64,000 bases of DNA. Source: Saccostrea echinata (taxonomy: Eukaryota). Positions within the stretch are counted from its first letter, which is position 1. Each line of letters starts with the position of its first letter. The position numbers and the translations under genes are program-made. Shown here one piece after another: positions 50,401 through 61,056 of the stretch. The notes below the pieces were generated by a model, which was not told the origin of the DNA, ran no database searches, and saw nothing but the letters and a program-made list of their open reading frames with translations. Location of the stretch: positions 1,860,001 to 1,924,000 of the forward strand of contig NW_026889753.1 in the NCBI RefSeq assembly GCF_033153115.1, in the 5' to 3' direction.

Positions 50401-52882
50401 CCCTGATCAGAATTAAAACATTAAAGTACGGTAATATGCACAGATCTTTCAGGATATATACTAGACTCTATAATGACCATTTAGTCTTAGAAATAAAAAA
50501 AAAAATTGTCCAGGTATTTATTTCTTAAATATGCAGTTTTGGTGATAGGGACAGAAGATGGAATTTTAGTTGGTGTGTGTGTAAAAATTGCTTTAGAGAC
50601 CGGGATCTGGGGTCCACCTTTAAGCCTCCAGTATGCCCACAGCAAAGCCATGGTAAGAGTCCAGATAGCAAAGCCATGGTAAGAGTCCTGATAGCAAAGC
50701 CCCTGGAAGCTCTTTAATTTAAAACATTTTAAAAGTTGCAGATATAAAATGTTATTTAGTCAGAAAGACTTTGTTGTGCAAATTATTATGATAAGTTTAA
50801 GAAACAAGAGGCCCATGGGCCACATGGCTCACCTGAGTAACTACAGTAAAACTCATTTAGTTCAAACATGGATATTGCAAAATCACGGATATAACGAAGT
50901 TATAAAAATTCTATGAATTCCTTATATGGATATAAAGAATTACGGATATAGTGAAGTAATTTCACAAGTCCAGTGACTTCGTTATAACAGAGTTTTACTG
51001 TATTGCCCTTTTTGTTCCTCATCAATAGATTCTTTTTCCTATATATTCAAAGAATATAAAACTTTCATTGTCCATTGTAGCCATACCCTACCTCTGGGAG
51101 TCACAATTTTAATAAACTTGATTTAAAACTACCTGAGGATGCTTACATATAAATATAACTAATCATGGCTTTCCTGTTCTTGAGGTGAACATTTTTAAAG
51201 ATTTTTCACAAATATTACTATATAAAACTTTGAATGCCCAATGTGGCCCCATCCTACCCCCAAGGGTCATGACTGAACAAAATTGAATATATACTGTGAT
51301 GCTTCCATATAAATATGACTGCTCATGGCTTTGCTGTTCTTGACAAAAAAGAATTTTTTAAAGATAATTCCTATGTTTTTCTATGTAAAACTTAAATTGC
51401 CCATTGTGGCCACACCCAAGCCCCAGGGGTCCTGATTTGAACAAACTTGAATACACACTACCTGAGGATGCTTCCAAATAAATATGACTGATCACAGCTT
51501 TGTTGTTCTTGAGAAGAGGATTTATAAAGATTTTTCCTATATATACCCATGTAAAACTTTATTGCCATAGTGGCCTCTTCCTACCCTGGAGGTCATGATT
51601 TAAAAAAAAAAAAAAACTTAACTCTACACTATGTCAAGAAGCTTTCACATAAGTTTCATCTATTTCGACTGAGTGGTTCTTGAGAAGATTTTTAAATGAC
51701 CATTTCCAATTTTTACTTTTTTTTTAATTATCTCCCCTTGGAAGAAGGAGTGGCCCTTCATTGAAAAAAAAATGAAATTGTTTATTAAAGGATACTCTGT
51801 GCCAAACTGGTTGAAAATGGCCCTGTAGTTCTGGATAAAAAGTGAAATTGTAAAAAGTCAATAATGACAGATCAATGCTGGATTTAAGAGAGGGGGTTAA
51901 GGGGTGGGGGCATCCAGAGCGCGCCCCCACCCTAAAACTGTCAAAGTTAGCGTAAATCATAGTTTTGTCTAGAAGATGTAAAAATGTCTACTCTGTAGAC
52001 CTCATTTTTATCCTACAAAATCTCTAGAATCCAGGAGCTTCCAGGGGCTTCACCCCCACCAAGACTTCACCCTGGACCCACTGGGGGCCTCAAGGCAACC
52101 CCAGTCCTCCTGCCTACTTTTTGCTCCCCCCCCCCCCCCCGCCCCTAACTTCAATTCTTGCAGATATACATACAAATTTTGATCAGAAAAGCTCACTTAA
52201 ATCATCTACGTGCTTTCCAGGGTTTAAGTGAAGGAATTTGAAAAGAAATTCTGAGACAATCAAAAAAGTAACTAGTATTCATTAATCAAATGTCTCAAGA
52301 ATTTTTGATATCAAGTAGTCAATGTCAGGTTTGTGTATTGTATGTGTACCTGCCACACCCCCTCGAAATCTGTAAGTGTTACAGTAATGTATTGATTTTC
52401 AAAAATCATGATTGAACTATTTCGATAAAATCAATAGCAATCTATTCATGACAGCTTTATACTGGGGTATTTTGATCTGATTATAATCTTTTAATGAAAA
52501 CAAAATATCACCTGTGTCTTTGATCATGGACATAGTTTCTTCCATTCCTTTTTCGTTCGTATCAGCTGCAATTATCGTGGCTCCCTCTGATGCAAAGACG
52601 CGGCATACTGCACGCCCGATACCACTCCCAGCACCTGCGTTTATATAATTGATTACTGATTAGTGTATGAAATTCGCAATTGTCTCACACAGCGTTTGCT
52701 AGCATAAGACAAGTATAAATTTACAATTAAGCGTGTATTTTTTGTAACGCTGACACTCAATGACACAATTCTGCAAGATACTGATTTAACTGGAAGATGA
52801 AACTGTTTCTGTTTCGTGAGGGTCTGTTCAATTTTGTTAAATTCACTGTACCTGTTACAACTGCTAATCTACCCGTCAACAT
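47488..52882 (-). CDS. HSD17B8: Estradiol 17-beta-dehydrogenase 8 / 3-oxoacyl-ACP reductase alpha subunit (classical SDR)
   Basis: Exons (minus) 52882-52852, 52634-52512, 50402-50215, 49938-49846, 48521-48436, 48174-48047, 47743-47669, 47504-47488. TGAGSGIG, NSAGITRD, IVNISS, GNIGQTNYAASK, PGFIETPMT, ends EVTGGLFM*. Confidence 0.93.
49917..50038 (-). repeat. 41-bp tandem repeat (3 copies) spanning the HSD17B8 exon-4 acceptor
   Basis: Minus-strand unit GGTTATCTTATTTTGCAG|GGAACTTGGTTGTTAAACAGAG; the most upstream copy has CAG changed to TAA. Confidence 0.92.
50803..52200 (+). mobile_element. HINE/Helitron-associated element carrying ~165-bp satellite monomers, with nested inserts
   Basis: AACAAGAGGCCCATGGGCCACATGGCTCACCTGAG start; GAGGATGCT-containing monomers about every 165 bp; ends CAGAAAAGCTCACTT. 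Confidence 0.75.
50844..51000. mobile_element. Tc1/mariner-like MITE nested in the HINE
   Basis: TA|CAGTAAAACTC ... GAGTTTTACTG|TA. Confidence 0.75.
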
Positions 52883-53849
52883 GTTGCCTCACTTGACTTT
52901 GTGGTCAAAGTTCGTCTAATATTCAAAATTGAAAATGAAAGTAGATTACATGTATAGTGATAATGCGTACATAAACGTATTCGAAAACATTTTAAACTTT
53001 TCAGTGGACATAGAAGATTTTGTGTAATGATGTAGAAAAAAGGATAAAAGTAAGAATTGAACAGCACTAACTATAAGTTATACAGATAATGTCATGATTG
53101 TGGCAGATTGAAATGTGCAAAACAAATACAACATGCATATGCTAAAAACATTTTTCCCCATTTCTGCATGAAAATTTTAAAATCATTTCCTTACCCGTAT
53201 GGGGTCCTTTTCTCCTTTATGCTTAAAAGCTCTTTCCTTTCTTATTAATAAATCATAGAAATTGTTATTTCTTGAAGAATCAGAAATATTGAAAATCTTC
53301 AAACACTTTATTTCATAGATGATTGATCAATAAAATGACAAATGCTCAATCTTGGACGGATATGTGATGAAAAGCTTTATATTATTAAATGAACAAAATG
53401 ATTACCCTGGTACATACATTTTTTTAATGGAGCAATTTGTTTTGCATTATATTGTACAAAAATGTGTGAAAGTGCAAATAGAATGAGGCTTTTCTAGTTC
53501 TACACCTGTGCCTTTATATTTCCGAGTACATGCAGCATCTGAATATGTTGTCAATGATGAATAATTTATATTGAGTTTTCTACTTTTTTAATTAGCATCA
53601 TATGACAGCACACATGAATCTGGAATCATAATTAAATTTATTCAAAATTAATATCCAGATTTCCTTATTTACAATTTTTAAAGAATGCAGAAGCTGATGC
53701 CTGTTTACATAAAATTGTTTATATCATGATCACTTGTACTAGCTTTAAAAGCATTAAGTGAATGCAATTTAAATACATAAGAATTAATAGTCCTGTTTTA
53801 GTGGGTGGAAAAAGATTTCAAAGCTTTGTATAGAATCTGTCTATCTGTC

Positions 53850-54956
53850 TTAAATTTCCCATTTTTTGTGCTCCATTCCATCTGGTGGTTTCACTTCTAC
53901 TTTTTGTTTGCCAACTTCATTCCAATTTGTACTGAGAACGGTTCCACCTGATTCATAAAATGATTTCATCATAGCTTTCTTTGTGTCATCATTGGCATCA
54001 GCATATATCTTCTGAAACAAGTTATTGAGGGCAGCATCTCCTTCCAATTTTTCTTCTTTTTCTTCTTCTTTGATTTCAGTTACCAACTTATCCCAGTTTC
54101 TAGTATAATGGCTGGAAGTGGGATATTTACTGACAACTGGCTCAGTACCTTGAGGGTTAAACTGCTTAACAGTATCTTTTTGACCATCATTTTCTAATTT
54201 TGCCCACTGTCTCTCTTCTGATTTCCGAAGTTTTATCTCAATTTTTGTCGACATAACTTTGCTAAAAGATTTTTCCGGAATTATATCATGGGCCAAATGA
54301 AGTTTTAAATTACATTCATCTCCTCCAGGTAACTTTACAGTAACACTTAAAGATTTTGGTTGAATATCTACTGTGCATTCTTCCTTTTTCACGTTTTTCA
54401 GCATCACGTTGACAACAACATTTGTTTGGGTCTGATACCAATCATAGCGTGTCTTTGGTGCAATTGGCTTTGGAGGAGGTTGACTTGGCGCTGATATTGG
54501 AGGTGCTGGTTCCTTTGTAATCTTCACACTTTCATCCTTTCCTTTTGAAACACCAACCAATGGTTCGACCAACTCGTTATCTGAATTTTTATCTGATATG
54601 TCCAACTCAGCTTCACATTTCCTTAACCAGGTTTTCAAGACCTTGTCTTCAGGGCCAAGAATTTCAGCAGCTTGAAACGTTGTATATGCTTCCTTGAACT
54701 TTTCGAGGTGAAATAATGCGATACCTTTCCTGACGTATGCTTTCATATTCGTTGGATCGAGTTCACATGCGGTATTTGTATCCGTTAATGCCTCATCATA
54801 TTTTCCGATGTTGATCTTAGTTTGGGCTCTATTATTGTAATACTCAGGGTTAGTTCCATCTAATTCGATGGCTGTGGAGTAAAGTTCAAGAGCCTTTTCA
54901 AAGTTTTCGTTGATAAATTCTTCGTTCGCTTTCTGGAAACATTCTTTGGCATCCAT
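53850..54956 (-). CDS. SUGT1: SGT1 homolog (Hsp90 co-chaperone; TPR-CS-SGS), intronless, 368 aa
   Basis: Single uninterrupted ORF: N-terminal TPRs, CS domain (RYDWYQT...STKIEIKLRK), SGS domain (YPTSS..NWDKL..GDAALN.LFQKIY..AMMKSFYESGGTVLSTNW..PPDGME.KKW). Confidence 0.97.
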   Translation of the reverse strand: MDAKECFQKANEEFINENFEKALELYSTAIELDGTNPEYYNNRAQTKINIGKYDEALTDTNTACELDPTNMKAYVRKGIALFHLEKFKEAYTTFQAAEILGPEDKVLKTWLRKCEAELDISDKNSDNELVEPLVGVSKGKDESVKITKEPAPPISAPSQPPPKPIAPKTRYDWYQTQTNVVVNVMLKNVKKEECTVDIQPKSLSVTVKLPGGDECNLKLHLAHDIIPEKSFSKVMSTKIEIKLRKSEERQWAKLENDGQKDTVKQFNPQGTEPVVSKYPTSSHYTRNWDKLVTEIKEEEKEEKLEGDAALNNLFQKIYADANDDTKKAMMKSFYESGGTVLSTNWNEVGKQKVEVKPPDGMEHKKWEI

Positions 54957-55028
54957 TTTGAAAAGTATAATTTAAAGCCATCCAAAATCTTCCGGATTCT
55001 TCTATTCAGGGGCAGACAACTCTTGACA

Positions 55029-57914
55029 ATGGTAAATCTTGGAGACGTTTTCCCAGATTTTGAAGCTGACAGCACGATTGGAAAGATAAAATTTCATGAT
55101 TTTATTGGAGACAAGTAGGTGTTTATATTTGCAGTGGGAAACGGAATAATTCCTCATTTATTGACCAGGAGTGTGGGTGGGTGGGGTGTGGGTTATGATT
55201 TTGAGACAAGGTATTGTAAAATATTTTTTTTAAAGGAAAAATTCTAATTAGAGTTCACTGATTGTAATTTACAACATGTATACTAGTTGGATTCAATTGC
55301 CCAAATGGGATATTATAGTCAGTTTGGGATATATATTACCCCAAATGGGATATAAAATTTACAGCACAAATTAATGAAGACTATATAAAAACTTAAAAAG
55401 CAACAACTTTTGGTAAATATTAATATTCTTGGAAACAGTCTATATAATCCCATTTGGACAATTGGTTCCAACCTGTCATATGCATTAAATTGCCAAAATC
55501 ATTAAGATATAATTTAAATCTCTCCTCATTGAACCTGAGCATGCTCATGCAGTGTGTTGTTTCCAGTGAAGGTACAATATGTGCTTTTTTAACTCTTTTA
55601 TTTCTACATGTAATAATCTGTCCTGTCTAATATTTATGCCCCCCCCCCCCTTTCAAAGAAGGGAGGGCATATTGCTTTGCTGCTGTCTGTCAGTTGGGCA
55701 ATCTGTCTGTCTGTCAGACCTGTATCAACAGTTTCCATTCATTAATTTTCTTCACAAAGGTTGCACATACTGAAATGAAAATTGGTATACAGATTTATCA
55801 TAAAAATATCTAGGTCAAGTTATGTTTTGGGTATGATCGAGCAATTTTTGACAGAGTTATGTCCCTTGGACCTAGAAAAATTGTAATTAATTCGGGGGCC
55901 TAAGTATTTCACAAACATCTCTTGTTTTTATGTGAATCAAATCCTGCCTCTATATCTTAAGAGCATTCTTAAATAATTTGTATGATATTCAATCATTTAC
56001 TGAACTTAATTTTTCTGGCTTGTAGATGGTGTGTGCTGTTCTCTCATCCTGCAGACTACACACCTGTGTGTACTACAGAGCTTGGAAAATGTGTTCAGCT
56101 CACCCCGGAGTTTGAGAAGAGAGGAGTAAAGATGATTGCACTTTCTTGTGATGATATACCAAGTCACCAAGGCTGGTCACAGGTCTAATTTTGAGTTTTA
56201 TATATTTTTTGGGGGGTTGGGGGGTGGATGGGGGGTGTCAATTACAAGTTGAGCAATATGTGGTAGTAGTATTTACAATCACTACTAGAACAAATTTAGT
56301 AAATCCTGAGCCTTGCGAAAAGTTTTTACTTATTTGTGTGTTACCTAACTTACCTTAGTATTGATCAGACCTACTTTCGTTAATACAGTAAAATATGCAT
56401 GTAGCAAACAGGCTTATTATAATAATGAATTGATCCTTACAGCAAAGTGATTTTCATTCCTCTTGACTTTGAAATATATTGTGAACCTAATGCATATGAT
56501 AAATTACGCTTATAATGAAGCATTTTTTAAATCAAGCCTTCCTGGTACATCATTATAAGCTTGCATGTTTTACTACATATATTTCATGCCCACCTTGTAC
56601 AGGTATTCATCTTTGTGTTTTGGCTTTTGCATTTTCCTTCTTTTCTTTAGAAAAAAATTAAAGGTGCAATAAATTTCATATGTCTTGAAAAGAACACTTT
56701 AATGTGTCTGACATTTCCAGCTTGATCTTTTGCATATACATGTATGCCTTTGACACTCAGATATGACGATTCTAATCATGCATGTTCCTAGACTAATGCC
56801 TTACTTCATGCATCTTAAACAAGTTAACTTAAAATTTGTTTTGACATAAACTGTTCAGTAGCAATAGAATTGGATCAATTTTTCAATATTCATGGAGATT
56901 TAAAATATCTCTATGATTTCTGTACAGGATATCATGCAATTTGTCAACCAACCGAAAGACAAGTTTCCTTTTCCCATCATCTCTGACAAGGGGAGGGACC
57001 TAGCGGTTAGTCTTGGAATGGTGGACCCAGAGGAAAAGGATAAAGCAGGCATTCCCCTCACCTGCAGGGCTGTGAGTATACTGTGCAGTTTTTTTTTGAT
57101 AAACAAGATTTTTATATTACTGTTCTTAGTGACTGTGCATATGAATATTTGATATATGGAATATTACCTTTTTAAAAATCTGTGCTACAAAGAGATTACA
57201 GCATTTATGGATATGGCAGTGAAAAAAGAAAAATACTATACTTGACAGTTTGAAATTTTCATCTTTTTCTAGTGTAACTTTTGAATTTGACAGGTGTTTG
57301 TGATTGGTCCAGACAAGAAGCTTAAACTGTCCATGCATTACCCGGCAACAACAGGGAGAAACTTTGCGTAAGGTTTCATTTGTATCTCTAGCTGGTCCTA
57401 AAAGTTCTAAATGCTACAGACTGTGTTTTCTTTCGTAGTTGGTCTCTTAGCCTGGTTTCATTTATTACACTACTCTAATGTATTTATTTGTAGAGAACTA
57501 TTACGATGCATTGACTCTCTACAGCTAACAATGAACAAAAAAGTGGCAACACCTGAAGGATGGACAGTGAGTAATTTTATAACAAAACAAGCATTTTATT
57601 TAGAACATTTAAAGATAAGAAACAGTCTTTTAAAGTGATCCCATTTAAGAAATCTGTTTAGGTTACATATAAGACTTGTTTATTTTTTGTGCAAATATAT
57701 ACTTTGAATACTGATACATGAACTTGTCATTAAGTGTAACAAAAAGTCGACTGATGAATTTAAAAAATGAAATTTGTTACAGCTGGGAGGAAAGTGTATG
57801 GTCCTACCGTCTATCCCACAAGAAGGAATTGAAAAAGTGTTTCCGAAGGGAGTGGATATCAAGCAGGTGCCTTCTGGGAAATCTTATCTGCGATATACTC
57901 CACAACCAGAGTAA
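55029..57914 (+). CDS. PRDX6: 1-Cys peroxiredoxin (Prdx6), 221 aa
   Basis: Exons 55029-55114, 56026-56182, 56928-57071, 57294-57367, 57494-57566, 57783-57914 (666 nt). FSHPADYTPVCTTE active site, YPATTGRNF, PSGKSYLRYTPQP. Confidence 0.96.
55284..55475. mobile_element. MITE in Prdx6 intron 1
   Basis: GTTGGATTCAATTGCCCAAATGGGATATTATAG pairs with CTATATAATCCCATTTGGACAATTGGTTCCAAC. Confidence 0.6.
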
Positions 57915-59537
57915 AAAGATCCACCATTAATTTGTGCAGTGTACATTTAAAGGCATCTTACTCCAACATTATAAAGAAATTTAGATTAAGAAAAAAAACT
58001 CATGAACTTTATTTTTATTTTAAACTCAGATTCCAGATTATACACTGCCAAAACTTTCTCAGTAAATAGTAATCCAGACAAATTAGCTTTATTTTATAGC
58101 CAAAGTTTTAGGTAGAAATTTATTTCACTATTGTTAAATATTGTTAAAGGATTATCAAGAAGGTGCAACAAACAGCTATGAACATTTATTTTGTTAGAGT
58201 ACATGTAACAAAGATGAAAGTGAATTCAAACTGCATTAACTAGTGCCTGTATGTTCATGAATTGGTGAAGTAGCCTTTCATTTGTATTTTTTATTGAAAC
58301 TGTAATTCTTTTATTATTTCTTATGGGCCTTCTTTCCTCAATTTATTATTTTTGATTACTATTTATTTGGTTCTTAACTTGTTTTGGGCATTATTTTGAT
58401 TGTTAGTATGTGTACCTAGTTTTTGACCGAGGTGTTTAGAACAAAAATCTTACGAAAGTTCTTTTCCCAGATGCAATATCATTGATATCAAATTGCTGGC
58501 ATGTTATATTTTCTTTTTGATGTTTTTTTGCAAACAATTTTTCCTCAGTTTACAATCTTTGTTTTTTACTAGACATATACTCTGATTATACACATGGGTA
58601 TTTATTATATACATTTATACTGGTTTTTATTTTTACGCAATGTCTTTGAATCTTTTATATTCATTATTCCTACATATACATGTATATCTCTTTTGGTACA
58701 GGGTGTTAAATATAGCTTCAAGATTGCGTTCCAGATTATTTTTACATTCTTTATAGCATAGATGTACCAATATTACAATGTGTCTATTTTATTCATTTGT
58801 TTGAAATTTTCTTTTCCTTGTTGTTATTGACTATAACATTCCAAGGTTGTGGCTCAAAATCCTCTATTTAAGACTTGTTTATTGGTAGTTATTTGAAAAT
58901 AACAATGTGGTTATTAAACATTAATCATTTGTGCTATTGTTTTTCTTTTAAGAAATGTTTCATTTTGTGAAAAGAGGTCATGAAGATATAAACTTGCATT
59001 TTAAAACATATTTCGAAATACAATGAATTTTAAACATACCGTATACCGGTACATGTAAGACTATCATTACCCCTTTGGGTAATGACCTGCAAGTGCCAGG
59101 GAAGAACCTGGATGGTGTCTTCAGGGAAGAAGACATTTAAGTTGGAAGGAATACAAGGCAGGACGGTTAGGCAGGTGCGTTCAGTAGTGGCCAGATAGCT
59201 AGCTAGAGCACGTCTAGAGTTCAAGGAGCCTGGAATTGAATCCTTTACCCTGAGGCCTGATCAGGTCAATATCATTTTCTCCCCTCCTGTTACATATCGA
59301 AATTAGTTAGAAGTTTTAGAAAAGAAGCTGTAAATGTTCAATTTACAACCTACAATGAACAAAGATGAAAAAAAAGATCCCAACTGGCCACCTGCATATT
59401 TCAATCATTTATGCTTAATACATGTATGTGTAGGGAGATGTTTGCTTCAACAAATGGCAACATTAATTGGCACAAAGAATATTTGTGCTATTTCAAGTAC
59501 ATTCAAAATATCAAAAACACTCTACTATTGGCATGTC

Positions 59538-60215
59538 TTCTATGCCCTCATTATCAAAGATTTGGGGGCATAGAGTTTTCGGTTCTGTTATCTGTCTATT
59601 TGTCTTGCTAATAATGATTGGTTGGAGTTAGGGCTTTCACATTTCATGTGTATTCCTTGTGAGAAGACTTTTCTTTGGGTACTAAGATATTTGACCTTGA
59701 CCTAGGAATTGACCCTATTTTGCAAAATTTTACAAAATTTAACCTTAGCCATAACTTTGGAACAGATTCGATGGTGCTAGGGCTTTCACACTAATTCACA
59801 TGTATTCTTTGTGACAAGACTTTTCCTTGGATATGTACATTTTTGACCTCTTGACCTTTGAATTTGGCCTACTTTTGAAAAACTTTAACCTTGACCATAA
59901 TTTTTGAACCACTGATGGTAGGGCTTTCACATGTATATTTCTTGTGACAAGATCTCCCCTTGGATGCCAACATTTGAGACCTCTAGACTTTGATCTTCGT
60001 GTTTGACCTACTTTTGAAAAACTTTAACCTTGGCCTTAATTTTTGAATGGTTGGGCCAGGGCTTTCATATTTCACACATTTATTCTTTGTAGCAAGAACT
60101 TTCCTTGAATACCAACATTTTTGACTTCTTGACCTTGGAGCATGTGAGAATTTTTAACCTTGGCCAAAGCTGTAATGGGGGGGGGGGGATCAGTTTTTCC
60201 AAACACATCTTATTT
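59538..60215 (-). mobile_element. HINE-like element of the same family as 6272-7232, reverse orientation
   Basis: TTTGACCTACTTTTGAAAAACTTTAACCTTG, AGGGCTTTCA and TTGTGACAAGA monomers are the reverse complement of the 146-bp unit; ends AAACACATCTT. Confidence 0.7.
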
Positions 60216-61056
60216 TTTTTGCTAGGGTGATATAACAAGTTAACAATGTTCACAAGAAAAAGAAATAAACTGATTTATGTGGTTAAATGCCAGTGATACC
60301 TGTTAAGAGTTGAGCATTTGGTCTAAATGCAGGAATAAGCAAGACTATCATTAATGAATCCAGATTTGATCACATGCAATAGTATTATTAAACAAGAATG
60401 ATATAATTCAATCATGTTTGATAAATACATGTAATACTTAAATTTTATCCCCCTAACTACACTTTTGTTGGAAATTTGCTATTTTTAATGACATACTTGT
60501 AAAGTACAAGCATTTGCACAAATACCAGTACCCATTTTTCCATCTAGTAAAATGCCTAATTCCAAACACAGTTATATTTGCATCAATGTCCCTCTATAGG
60601 GCAGTTCTGCATTTGCTGCATTTGCTACACAGAGAAGCTATCTAGAGATCATGAATCAAGCCATTACAAAATCAGTAAACTGCATTTATTTCATCAATAA
60701 AAAGATATTACAAATATCACAGAGTTGACAGACAAAAATATCAACTGCATGGACGGTTACAGCCAGTAGGGGAATGTTGGCATATAAATAAAACATGTAA
60801 ATAGACTCTCCTAGTAAATGCACATTTATGTATTTACACATACAAACCATACAGAGTGCAAATAAATAAACAATATTTAAAACATATCACAATCCAAATT
60901 TAAAGGGAGAAAACTCTAACATCTGTTTTTTAATTTAATGTTTCCTGGAATGGGCGACCTTATTCACAATATTTTTTCTTTTACATATTTTTAACATGTA
61001 GTTATTTCACTATTCACATAAACTTAGTTTTATATGTCCCAGTGTGGATAAGAGGA

